Source: Promethearchaeota archaeon (GTDB lineage: Archaea; Asgardarchaeota; Heimdallarchaeia; Hodarchaeales; Hodarchaeaceae). From it: a stretch of DNA of 64,000 nucleotides. The notes beneath the pieces were generated by a model, which made no database searches, had not been told where the DNA came from, and was given only the letters and a program-made list of their open reading frames with translations. Shown here piece after piece: positions 18,801 to 27,993 of the stretch. Each line of letters opens with the position of its first letter. The stretch's first letter is position 1. The stretch is taken from positions 32,001 to 96,000 of the forward strand of contig JBHLMN010000009.1 of assembly GCA_048938105.1 (NCBI GenBank), read 5' to 3'. The translations under genes were made by a program, and so were the position numbers.

Positions 18801-21251
18801 TTGATTAGAAGGTCCAAAAAAATGAAAAAAAGAGAACAAGTATTATTTTTTTTATTAATTTCACTGATTTTCATTAGTTATAAAGGGACTGGAGTACAAT
18901 TATCTCCAGAGAACGTTACTGAATCCTCATTAAATGAAATAATAAGTTCAGTTCAATTAGAGGATCATGATTCTATCGTGATTGATGGAAACGCTGACTT
19001 TTCTTCGCAAGCAGGTACTGAAGGGTGGTCAGGTGATGGTTCTCCAAGTGATCCCTATAATATATCGTACTTAAGTATTAGTGGTTATATCAAAATTAGC
19101 AACGTTGATGCTCATTTTACAATAAAAAATTGTCTTATCGATGATGCCTATGATGGAATATTTCTTTCTAATGTAAAAAATGCCCAGATATATAACAATA
19201 CTATTTCTAATCATGTTGACGATGGAATTGAGATGGATTTTTCTTCCAATAACAGTATTTACAATAATTCTATCATTAATAACGGCTGGTTTGGCATTTA
19301 TTTAACAAATTCCTCGATTAATAACAGTATTAGCAATAACATCATTAATAGTAGTGTTAAGGATGGAATAACATTAGATTCTTATTCCAATAATAACACC
19401 TTAACCAATAATACAAACATTAACAATAATGGAGGGATTCTCCTGTGGTATTCCGCAAATAACATTGTTACCAATAATAATCTTTCTATCAACGATAATC
19501 AAGGGATCGAGCTCTATCATTCCTCTAATAACAGTTTTATCAATAATACTATCAGTAACAACAATGAAGCTGGAATCTATTCAACAAGTAGCTCGAACAA
19601 CAGTTTTATCAATAACACTATAAGTAACAACTATGAAGATGGAATTTACTTTTCAGGTGGCTCAAATAATAGTTTTATCAATAATTCGATTATAAATAAT
19701 GATTATGGAGTGTACCTGCATTCCTCCAAAACTAATAGCTTTATCAAAAATACGATTTCTAACAATATGAGAGACGGAATTCGTTCGTATTGGTCCAGTA
19801 ATAATAATACGATAAGTATGAATATAATCAGTAACAACCATGAAGACGGAATTGGCGTACATCAATCAAGCAATACCTGTATTAAGAATAATACTATCAC
19901 TAATAATTACGATGATGGAATTTATCTCGATAGATCCCCTAATAATTATATTAAAGGCAACAATATGACAAGTGGTGGATTATATGTAGTTGGATTCTCC
20001 ATTGAATATTTTATGCAAGCGGAAGTTGTTGATAATTTAGTAAACTCGAAACCACTAGTTTACTGGCAAAATATAAACGAGGGAGTTGTACCTGCGGGTG
20101 CAGGTCAAGTTATTCTTGTTAACAGCAAAGATGTAACTATTAACAACCAAAATTTGTTGTACACCGCTGTTGGGGTACATTGCTTCCTTTGCCAAGAATT
20201 AAATATCACCAATAATACAATCAGTAACAATAAATTCGGGATTATCTTGTATAATGAATTTGATGTGTCTGCGAATAATCTTATTACCAATAACACGATC
20301 ATAAATAACAATGAAGGGATATATACCTATGAATCTACTAATAACTATATAACTGATAACACTATCAATGATAACAATGAATTCGGGATTTATTTGTATG
20401 CATCCTCTCGAAATAACGAAATTTCCATTAACATCGTTGATAACAATGATGTTGGAATTTATTTGTCTTCGGACTCCAATGAGAATCATGTTTCTGATAA
20501 TACCATCAGTAACAACATTGATGTCGGAATCTTCGTGTATAATTCCTATGGTAATAGTATTACCAGAAATAGATTTATCAATAATAATCCCAGTGGTGAT
20601 TCTCAAGCTAATGATTCTGAATCTACCGATACTAGTTTTATAGCCAATTATTGGTCAGATTGGACTAGTCCCGATTCTAACAACGACGGCATTGTTGATA
20701 ATCCATATCCCATAGCTGGAGATACAGCTAACGAAGATCCTTCCCCCATAACCAATATTGAAGGGCATTTTCTTATAGCACCCACAATTACAAGAATTAG
20801 CACCAGTGTTGGCAATGTTAATGTCCAATGGACGGCAGCTGTAGACTCCTTAGACCATGTTGTAACATATAACGTCTATTATTCAGCTGATGACGGCACT
20901 ACTTGGATATTAATTGTTAATGGGTTATCAGCTACCAGTCATAACTGGGATACTACGTCAATGGCTGATGACACTATTTATATGATCAAAGTGCTAGCAA
21001 ACTGCTCCCACGGCTTAACTACTGAAGTTATTTCAGGTGGTTTTTCCATCAATAACAGTATACCGACAACAACAATGGAATCAACCCCTGAAACATCAGA
21101 AAAGAAAACTGAGACATCTTCGAGTGAAACTTCAAGTGAAACCAAAGATGGAGCTCCAACAACTTTCCCTGGTGAAATGCTATTATTAACCGTGCTAATA
21201 GGGGTACTAAACAAAAGAAGAAGAAAAAAGAAAGGAAAATTGGAGGTTTAA
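18801..21251 (+). CDS. Membrane-anchored right-handed beta-helix (NosD/CASH-like) surface protein with an FN3-like domain
   Basis: Signal peptide, GWSGDGSPSDPY motif, many GIYL..SSNN...NNTISNN repeats, NYWSDWTSPD.N.DGIVD.PY, FN3-like segment, S/T/E linker, FPG + TM + basic tail. Likely start is the ATG at 18822. Confidence 0.88.
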   Translation: MIRRSKKMKKREQVLFFLLISLIFISYKGTGVQLSPENVTESSLNEIISSVQLEDHDSIVIDGNADFSSQAGTEGWSGDGSPSDPYNISYLSISGYIKISNVDAHFTIKNCLIDDAYDGIFLSNVKNAQIYNNTISNHVDDGIEMDFSSNNSIYNNSIINNGWFGIYLTNSSINNSISNNIINSSVKDGITLDSYSNNNTLTNNTNINNNGGILLWYSANNIVTNNNLSINDNQGIELYHSSNNSFINNTISNNNEAGIYSTSSSNNSFINNTISNNYEDGIYFSGGSNNSFINNSIINNDYGVYLHSSKTNSFIKNTISNNMRDGIRSYWSSNNNTISMNIISNNHEDGIGVHQSSNTCIKNNTITNNYDDGIYLDRSPNNYIKGNNMTSGGLYVVGFSIEYFMQAEVVDNLVNSKPLVYWQNINEGVVPAGAGQVILVNSKDVTINNQNLLYTAVGVHCFLCQELNITNNTISNNKFGIILYNEFDVSANNLITNNTIINNNEGIYTYESTNNYITDNTINDNNEFGIYLYASSRNNEISINIVDNNDVGIYLSSDSNENHVSDNTISNNIDVGIFVYNSYGNSITRNRFINNNPSGDSQANDSESTDTSFIANYWSDWTSPDSNNDGIVDNPYPIAGDTANEDPSPITNIEGHFLIAPTITRISTSVGNVNVQWTAAVDSLDHVVTYNVYYSADDGTTWILIVNGLSATSHNWDTTSMADDTIYMIKVLANCSHGLTTEVISGGFSINNSIPTTTMESTPETSEKKTETSSSETSSETKDGAPTTFPGEMLLLTVLIGVLNKRRRKKKGKLEV

Positions 21252-21289
21252 TCCAATCGATTTCCTTTATTTTTTTAAGAATCTCCTAT

Positions 21290-22624
21290 TTATATAACTG
21301 ATTGAGTGATTGGAGTAGCAATTTCCTTAACGATTTGTTTAAGCTGTAAAACATGGGATTGAGTGTGGGCCATTGAGAGAGATCCCAAGCCGTGTAATCC
21401 CAACACTCCTCGATTGAATAACGCTAACTGGAGTAAAGATTCACGCTTTCTATCAGTTAATTGGATTATTTCTTTAATTTTCGGTTCCTCCATCCATTTT
21501 GACATGATATGAAGCATGATGATCGATTTATATCCAGCGGCTACGATTGATAATTCTTTTTCTTCAAAGAATTGATTTAATTCCTGTCTAAGTTTTGTCC
21601 CTTCGCTATTAATCCGTTGGTATTCTTTGGATCTTTTCAAAATTTCTAATGTCTTTAATCCAGTAGCCATACTGAGGGGATAACCAGAAAAAGTTCCACC
21701 ACCAATCAACACTTGATTCTGTGTCTGTGGAGTTGCTAACGCAATAATTTCTTTCTGCCCACCAATTGCACCAATGGGTAAACCTCCTCCAATGATCTTC
21801 CCCATGGTAGTTAGATCGGAGTAAATTTGGAGATCATTTTGGAAAAGTCCATAAGAAAAACGATATCCTGTGATAATTTCATCAAAGATTAATAAAGCAC
21901 CGCACTTTGTAGTTTCTTCCCGTAATCTCTTCAGGAAGTTAAGTTCAACAGGAAAACCACCTCCCCCTCCTAGAATAGGCTCTAAAATTACGGCAGCGAG
22001 ATTAGTACCATTTTTCTGAATAAAATCAAATATCTCATTACTATTAATTGGAAAAGTAACTATACCTGCTTCATCTTTATTCAAGATTCCAGGAGTATCC
22101 TTTCCTACCATCAATCCACCCACATCATAAAACAAGGTGTCATTCGCTCCGTGCCATCCAAGTTTTGCCTTTGCTATTATCCTTCTTTTTGTAAACGCTC
22201 GAGCTAACCTAGAAGCATACATAGTCGCTTCCGTCCCACTGGTACAAAACCGAATTTTTTCAATACTTGGGTTATCACGAATTATTGTTTCAGCTAGTTC
22301 TACCTGATTTTCAGTGTTAGTTCCAACGTGCCATCCGTGTCTCGACCGCTCTGCAATTACTTCTTGAACTTCAGGATGATTGTGACCTAGAATCATGGCG
22401 AAATGACCATTCCAGCAATCAATATACTCATTTCCATCTACATCCTTTATTTTGGCACCTTTAGCTGAATCAATAAATGGTGGAAAAGCACCAATAGAGG
22501 GAAGACCAAAGTTACGGATATTATGAGAAATTCCCCCTGCTAGCATTTGATTTGCCTTTTCCCATAATTGTTTAGATCTGGGTCTATTCTCATGATAAGT
22601 TTCCAGCTCTTCTTTCATAAGCAT
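21290..22624 (-). CDS. hemL: Class III PLP aminotransferase, glutamate-1-semialdehyde 2,1-aminomutase-like
   Basis: DVDGNEYID, ILGHNHP, RFCTSGTEATM, LIFDEIITGYR, DLTTMGKIIGGGLPIGA (PLP lysine) and GTFSGYP. Could be a HemL paralogue with another substrate. Confidence 0.7.
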   Translation of the reverse strand: MLMKEELETYHENRPRSKQLWEKANQMLAGGISHNIRNFGLPSIGAFPPFIDSAKGAKIKDVDGNEYIDCWNGHFAMILGHNHPEVQEVIAERSRHGWHVGTNTENQVELAETIIRDNPSIEKIRFCTSGTEATMYASRLARAFTKRRIIAKAKLGWHGANDTLFYDVGGLMVGKDTPGILNKDEAGIVTFPINSNEIFDFIQKNGTNLAAVILEPILGGGGGFPVELNFLKRLREETTKCGALLIFDEIITGYRFSYGLFQNDLQIYSDLTTMGKIIGGGLPIGAIGGQKEIIALATPQTQNQVLIGGGTFSGYPLSMATGLKTLEILKRSKEYQRINSEGTKLRQELNQFFEEKELSIVAAGYKSIIMLHIMSKWMEEPKIKEIIQLTDRKRESLLQLALFNRGVLGLHGLGSLSMAHTQSHVLQLKQIVKEIATPITQSVI

Positions 22625-22772
22625 AAAAAAACCTTCAAATCTTACAATATTGATACTTAAATCTCTTTAAATTAGTTTCAATTGTACTCATCACTTTTCT
22701 GACAAATATTTTCTGTGAATATTAATTTAAAGTGTATTGTGATAACGAATAAAATTAAGGGAGTCCTTAGCT

Positions 22773-23099
22773 ATGATCCCAAAAATTACAGTAGAAGATG
22801 AGATGAGGAAAATAGAAAAACCCTGGAGCCCAGTAGAGATTGCTAGGGTTAACGATCAAGTTATTCGCTTAGCTATGTTCAAAGGTACTTATCCAATGCA
22901 TAAACATTCCAATGAGGATGAATTATTCTATGTTTTAAGAGGGACTATAGCAATACAAATAGAGAACGACCAACCTCTTGTTCTCAACCAAGGAGATCTA
23001 GCAGTAATTCCCAAAGGGTTAAACCACAGTCCTACTAGTGAATCCGAGAGTTATGTACTTATGTTTGAACCTCTTGCTTTGAAAAGTAGTGGAGATTAA
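22773..23099 (+). CDS. Cupin-domain protein
   Basis: HKHSNEDELFYVL and GDLAVIPKGLNH cupin motifs. Confidence 0.9.
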   Translation: MIPKITVEDEMRKIEKPWSPVEIARVNDQVIRLAMFKGTYPMHKHSNEDELFYVLRGTIAIQIENDQPLVLNQGDLAVIPKGLNHSPTSESESYVLMFEPLALKSSGD

Positions 23100-23146
23100 C
23101 CAATTTTTTTTATGCATTTAACCTTTATTCAAATAGTGAATTAAAA

Positions 23147-24418
23147 ATGGGCTTAGATGAAACCTTCTTTGAATTGATAGATAAAGTAAACAGTGCATTA
23201 GACAATACAGCAGAAATTAAAGCAAGGAAATATGCACTTGATCTTATTACAAATCAAAAATACTATTCACTAGAAAAAATCCCTAAAGATGAATTAAAGG
23301 GAGAACTCCGCCAAATTCGGCAAATATGGGTCGAAAAACTACCTGAATTAGTAGAGAGAGCTAATAAGGGATTAATTTCAGTTGGCTGCGAAGTCTTCTA
23401 CGCAGATACTCCTAATGATGCCCTCCATTACATAGAGAAAATTGTGGGAACCAATAAAATTGTTGTGAAGTCAAAAACTAATGCAGGGTCAGAAATAGGC
23501 CTCGTGAAACATCTCGAATCACTCGGGAATGAAGTCATTGAGACTGATCTCGGTGATCGAATCGTTCAAATGCGGAAGGAAAGAGGTAGCCATCCAATTG
23601 CTCCAGCTATTCATATCTCCAGAGAAGAGATAGCTACTCTTTTTGGTCTCCCATCAAATTCCACTGTTGATGATATTATTGCTCTAGCACGAGGAGAAAT
23701 TCGTGATTATATTGTTAATGCTGATATTGGGATTTCTGGCTGTAATGTTCTTGCAGCCAGAGAAGGTGCAATATTCCTATGCGAGAATGAAGGAAATATT
23801 CGATTTATATCGAATGCGCCTCCAATACACATTGTTATTTGCCCTCTGAATAAGATCGTCCCAGATATTGCCACTGCATTTACGCAAATCCGATTACTAA
23901 GCGTTTACGCAACTGGGCAAATTACTCCAGTGTATTTATCTATGATTTCAGGCCCAAGTAAAACAGGTGATATTGAATTTGATGTGAGGAATGGAATGCA
24001 TGGGCCAAAAGAAGTTCATGTAATATTTGTCAACAACCATCGAATAGAAGCAAGTAAAGGGCCACTTAAAGAATCCTTGATTTGCTTAGGGTGTGGATCT
24101 TGTATTAATGAATGTCCTGTATATGAAAACCTAGGAATCGCCTTTGGGGGGCCTACATATATTGGTCCCATTGGGATTGTACATACAGCGGTTTTAAATG
24201 GAATTCAAACTGCTGTAGAATCTGGATTAAATTTCTGCACGATGTGTAAGAGATGTGGGGATGTTTGCCCAGTAGATATTCCTATACCTGATCTCCTCAA
24301 ATATATAAGGGATTGTGCAACAAAGGAAGGATTACTTTTACCTCCATTAGCTGATATCGAAAAAAGAGTAGAAGAATCTGGTAATCCTTTTGGTAGACAA
24401 AATCCAAAAGAGAGGTGA
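23147..24418 (+). CDS. lutB: LutB/LldF-like LUD-domain Fe-S protein (lactate utilisation B-like)
   Basis: VVKSK, ETDLGDRIVQ, SHPIAPAIH, ENEGN, ISGPSKTGDIE, HGPKEVHV and two 4Fe-4S motifs (CLGCGSCINECP, CTMCKRCGDVCP). Confidence 0.85.
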   Translation: MGLDETFFELIDKVNSALDNTAEIKARKYALDLITNQKYYSLEKIPKDELKGELRQIRQIWVEKLPELVERANKGLISVGCEVFYADTPNDALHYIEKIVGTNKIVVKSKTNAGSEIGLVKHLESLGNEVIETDLGDRIVQMRKERGSHPIAPAIHISREEIATLFGLPSNSTVDDIIALARGEIRDYIVNADIGISGCNVLAAREGAIFLCENEGNIRFISNAPPIHIVICPLNKIVPDIATAFTQIRLLSVYATGQITPVYLSMISGPSKTGDIEFDVRNGMHGPKEVHVIFVNNHRIEASKGPLKESLICLGCGSCINECPVYENLGIAFGGPTYIGPIGIVHTAVLNGIQTAVESGLNFCTMCKRCGDVCPVDIPIPDLLKYIRDCATKEGLLLPPLADIEKRVEESGNPFGRQNPKER

Positions 24419-25125
24419 ATACGATGAGGAAAATTCTTCTATTTCATGGCTGTATGAATCGTTTTATGACTCCCCAAATTTCTAATGCAACTGAAAGAAT
24501 ATTGATAGAAGCAAAAATCGATTATCTTAATCTAAAAACTGAACAATGTTGTGGATTCATCTTATATGAGAATGGTCAACAGAAAGCAGCTATAAAACTA
24601 ATGAAGATGAATCAGGAGATCTTTTCTAATCAGGACATTGATACCATTATTACAAGTTGCCCCACATGTGCTTATATCTTCAAAATTCATTATCCAGAGT
24701 ATTTATCTGATTTTAACTATGATGTTTTACATATTACAGAGTTATTCGCAGAACTAATTGAAGAGAAAAGAATTGATGTCCATAAGAAGAAAGATGTTGC
24801 TGTTACATTTCATGACCCTTGTCACCTTTTACGGGGCCTCAAAATTTTTGAAGAACCAAGAAAGATTCTAAATGCAATACTAGGTCAAGAAATTAGAGAA
24901 ATGGAGCATACTCGTGAAGCATCTAAATGTTGTGGGGCTGGAAGTGGAATGCGCCTTTCATTTAGTCGTATAGCGCAAACCTTAGCACAGGATCGAATCT
25001 CAGAAGCAGAAAATACTGGTGCTAGTGTATTGGTAACTTCCTGTCCAACCTGCATGCTACATCTTCAAGAAAATGCAAGAAAAATTAAAGTAATAGATAT
25101 CGCGGAAGCAATTCTTGATCTTTGA
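24415..25125 (+). CDS. CCG-domain Fe-S protein (LutA/GlcF/HdrB-like)
   Basis: FHGC, EQCCG, SCPTC, FHDPCHL, KCCGAG and SCPTC, i.e. two CCG domains. Overlaps the lutB stop. Confidence 0.88.
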   Translation: MNTMRKILLFHGCMNRFMTPQISNATERILIEAKIDYLNLKTEQCCGFILYENGQQKAAIKLMKMNQEIFSNQDIDTIITSCPTCAYIFKIHYPEYLSDFNYDVLHITELFAELIEEKRIDVHKKKDVAVTFHDPCHLLRGLKIFEEPRKILNAILGQEIREMEHTREASKCCGAGSGMRLSFSRIAQTLAQDRISEAENTGASVLVTSCPTCMLHLQENARKIKVIDIAEAILDL

Positions 25126-25172
25126 AAAAGATGGTTATATTCATGGAAAGAATTTGATATTAGTGATTAGAT

Positions 25173-25676
25173 ATGAAATCGGAAAGTCAGAAATTAAGTG
25201 TTAGCCTGATTTTATCACAGGAATTTAAGAATAGTTGGAATATTCTACGTCAAGCAATTGAAAACATTACTGAGGAACACTGGCTGGAAATGGTGAATGA
25301 ATGGTCGTTTTCATTGACTGTCTATCATATTATCGAAACAGCTGAATTTTATAGCCGTAATACACCTGAAGGAATGGAATGGGGAAAAATAGCAGGGTTT
25401 AATTATGAAACTGATACTGATGAAATGAAAATTCAAAAGCAAGCAAGGATTACAAAAGAACTCCTATTAGATTATCTTGCCGAAATTGAAGAGCGAATTA
25501 CAAATTATTTTGAAAATACTCGTGATGAAGACTTATTTGAAAAAGATGGATTCGATCCACATCTAAAAAGTATCTTAGAAAAATTGCTATACTTACTCAG
25601 ACATAATATGCACCACATAGGAGAATTAAACAAAGCCCTAAGGGACTGGAATTGTCAACGAATAAATTGGATTTAA
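25173..25676 (+). CDS. DinB-family four-helix bundle protein
   Basis: YHIIE and C-terminal RHNMHHIGEL histidine pattern. Confidence 0.8.
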   Translation: MKSESQKLSVSLILSQEFKNSWNILRQAIENITEEHWLEMVNEWSFSLTVYHIIETAEFYSRNTPEGMEWGKIAGFNYETDTDEMKIQKQARITKELLLDYLAEIEERITNYFENTRDEDLFEKDGFDPHLKSILEKLLYLLRHNMHHIGELNKALRDWNCQRINWI

Positions 25677-25709
25677 CTAAAGATAAATATTCTGAAGGAA
25701 ATAGAAACA

Positions 25710-26507
25710 ATGGATTGGTCAATGGATGACCTGAATACATTTCGACAACAGCAAAAGGCTAAAAAAATCGAAATTAATGACACTAAGTGGGAATTTTTTG
25801 ATTTTGGAGAAAAGGACTCTGAATTTGCTCTTGTGTTCTTACATGGTACAACAGGTAGTAGAGAGATTTTCTGGTTACCAATGAAATCACTTATGAGTAA
25901 ATATCGAGTAATAAGTTTTGATTTACCTCCTATAGTTGGAGTCGAAAACCTATCACTGGGAATACATGAAATACTTAGCAAAAACGATATAAAAAAAACA
26001 GTATTAATTGGGACTTCGTTTGGTGGTTATCTAGCTCAATTCTTCTGTTCTAAATATAACAAGATGGTTGAAAAACTTGTACTTTCTAATACTTTCATAA
26101 CTACACACCTTTATCATCAGAAATATAAGAAACTGCTATTAGTTGAGAAATTGATTCCAACTTTCCTGATAAAAAGATTCATGAAAAAGAGCTTGTTGAC
26201 ATTAGAGCACGATCAGACCCGTGAGTACCTCCTCAATCAATTAGAACAAAATATAACCAAGAAAATATTGATGGCACGTCTAAAGAGTTTTATCACAACT
26301 AGAATCATTGAAGTTACCCCACCAGATCAAGTACTAATAATTGAAACAGAAGATGATCCATTAGTCCCTAAACAATTACAAAATGAGTTGAAAGAAGCTT
26401 ATCCTCATGCGATTGTGAAAACTTTTAGTAGAAAGGCAAACCATTTTCCATATCTCACAATGAGTGATGAGTACACTCAGATTCTTATTGATTTTTTAAA
26501 CAGATGA
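25710..26507 (+). CDS. Alpha/beta hydrolase, maspardin (SPG21)-like
   Basis: FLHGTTG, GTSFGGYLAQ nucleophile elbow, EDDPLVP and NHFPYL. Motif order matches human maspardin as I recall it. Confidence 0.75.
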   Translation: MDWSMDDLNTFRQQQKAKKIEINDTKWEFFDFGEKDSEFALVFLHGTTGSREIFWLPMKSLMSKYRVISFDLPPIVGVENLSLGIHEILSKNDIKKTVLIGTSFGGYLAQFFCSKYNKMVEKLVLSNTFITTHLYHQKYKKLLLVEKLIPTFLIKRFMKKSLLTLEHDQTREYLLNQLEQNITKKILMARLKSFITTRIIEVTPPDQVLIIETEDDPLVPKQLQNELKEAYPHAIVKTFSRKANHFPYLTMSDEYTQILIDFLNR

Positions 26508-26588
26508 AATAGAGATTAAACTTATTTTTTAAAACAAACACTCTTAGTAGTAAAATCTTTCAGTATATAATACCACAAATAGGAAGAA

Positions 26589-27029
26589 GTGAGAATGAAT
26601 AACGTTGAAAACGCTGTTTCCTGCTTTAAAACCAAATTTAATTGCTCTCAAGCAATTTTTTCAACTTATGGACCAAAATTAGGCATTGATCGAGGTTCAT
26701 GTTTGAAAATAGCGGAGATTTTTGGGGGGGGAATGGCTTACATGGGTAACGTATGTGGTGCGGTTACTGGAGCATTCATGGTCATTGGCCTTAAATATGG
26801 AAGAAAAAGAGATAATGATGAACAAGCAAAAGAAAAGGCATATGATGCTGCTACACGATTTGTGGAAGAATTCAAAACCCGAAATGGTACCATTATGTGC
26901 AGAGAACTGATTGACTTCGATTTAAGTACACCAGAGCAAAGGGAACTCGCAAGAGAGAAAAATATTTTTGATAAATGCCAGAAATTTGTACAAGATTCAG
27001 CTGAGATACTCGAGAAGATTATATCCTGA
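26589..27029 (+). CDS. C_GCAxxG_C_C family putative redox protein
   Basis: FNCSQA, FGGGM, VCGAVTGA, MCREL and KCQKFV. Confidence 0.9.
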   Translation: MRMNNVENAVSCFKTKFNCSQAIFSTYGPKLGIDRGSCLKIAEIFGGGMAYMGNVCGAVTGAFMVIGLKYGRKRDNDEQAKEKAYDAATRFVEEFKTRNGTIMCRELIDFDLSTPEQRELAREKNIFDKCQKFVQDSAEILEKIIS

Positions 27030-27153
27030 GTAGAAAGTTCAGAAGTACAAATTATTATCCATATCTCACTGTGAATGATAATTATTTTTAAATCCTGATT
27101 TATTTCACGTTCCAGACAATCTAATTGCTTTACAAGAAAAGGGTGAAAGCCGA

Positions 27154-27987
27154 ATGAGTAGCTTAAAACAACAGAGATTACAGACATCAATAGCTGATTT
27201 ATCGTATTATCGAACCAAAACTATTGAGCATAATTTTGATATTTTATTCATACATGGATTAGGAGGAAACAAAGAATGGTTTCCAAGGCATTATGATTTA
27301 TATTCTATTAGTAAATTTTCATGGATTGTTCCAGATCTCATTGGTCATGGAAATTCAGCAAAGTCAAACCTTGAACAGGCCTATTTAATGGATCAACAAG
27401 CTAGAAGTCTACATCAACTCTTGTTGAAGGAAAAAGTGAAATCTCTCGTTATAATTGCTCATTCAATGGGGGGACCAATTGCTATATCTCTCATTGAGCA
27501 ATTGATCCAAGAAAAAGATCAAATTAAAGTAATAGGCTTGTTTTACTTGGAAGGAAATTTGGATAAGAATGATACCTTTTTCTCTTCTCAAATCGCAAAA
27601 TATTCATGCGAAGAGTTCGAAAATGAATTTGATTCTTGGATAGAAACACTCAATAAGAAAACCAAAGGAAGACTAGTGGAATTTATAGCTGAACTTCAAA
27701 AAATAGGCCCATTCCCTTTATGGGCTACAAGTGTAGATCTGGTTTCAGTTTCATTAAGTAACCAGCTTTTACCTAGATTACAGTCTACATTAAAAGGGTC
27801 GAATTGTCCAATTTATTTCATATATGGAGAAAAAAATAAGGGATTATTTTCTTCTGAAATACTAATTAAACAAGCTCAATTACCCTTAATATTTATCCCC
27901 GATGCTGGTCATGTTATGTTTGAAGACAACCCAAATGGCTTTTGGAAGATTATAATGCAATCGCTAAGTCAATTAAAGACTCAATGA
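27154..27987 (+). CDS. Alpha/beta hydrolase
   Basis: FIHGLG, PDLIGHGNS, AHSMGG and PDAGHVM. Confidence 0.88.
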   Translation: MSSLKQQRLQTSIADLSYYRTKTIEHNFDILFIHGLGGNKEWFPRHYDLYSISKFSWIVPDLIGHGNSAKSNLEQAYLMDQQARSLHQLLLKEKVKSLVIIAHSMGGPIAISLIEQLIQEKDQIKVIGLFYLEGNLDKNDTFFSSQIAKYSCEEFENEFDSWIETLNKKTKGRLVEFIAELQKIGPFPLWATSVDLVSVSLSNQLLPRLQSTLKGSNCPIYFIYGEKNKGLFSSEILIKQAQLPLIFIPDAGHVMFEDNPNGFWKIIMQSLSQLKTQ

Positions 27988-27993
27988 ATGCTT

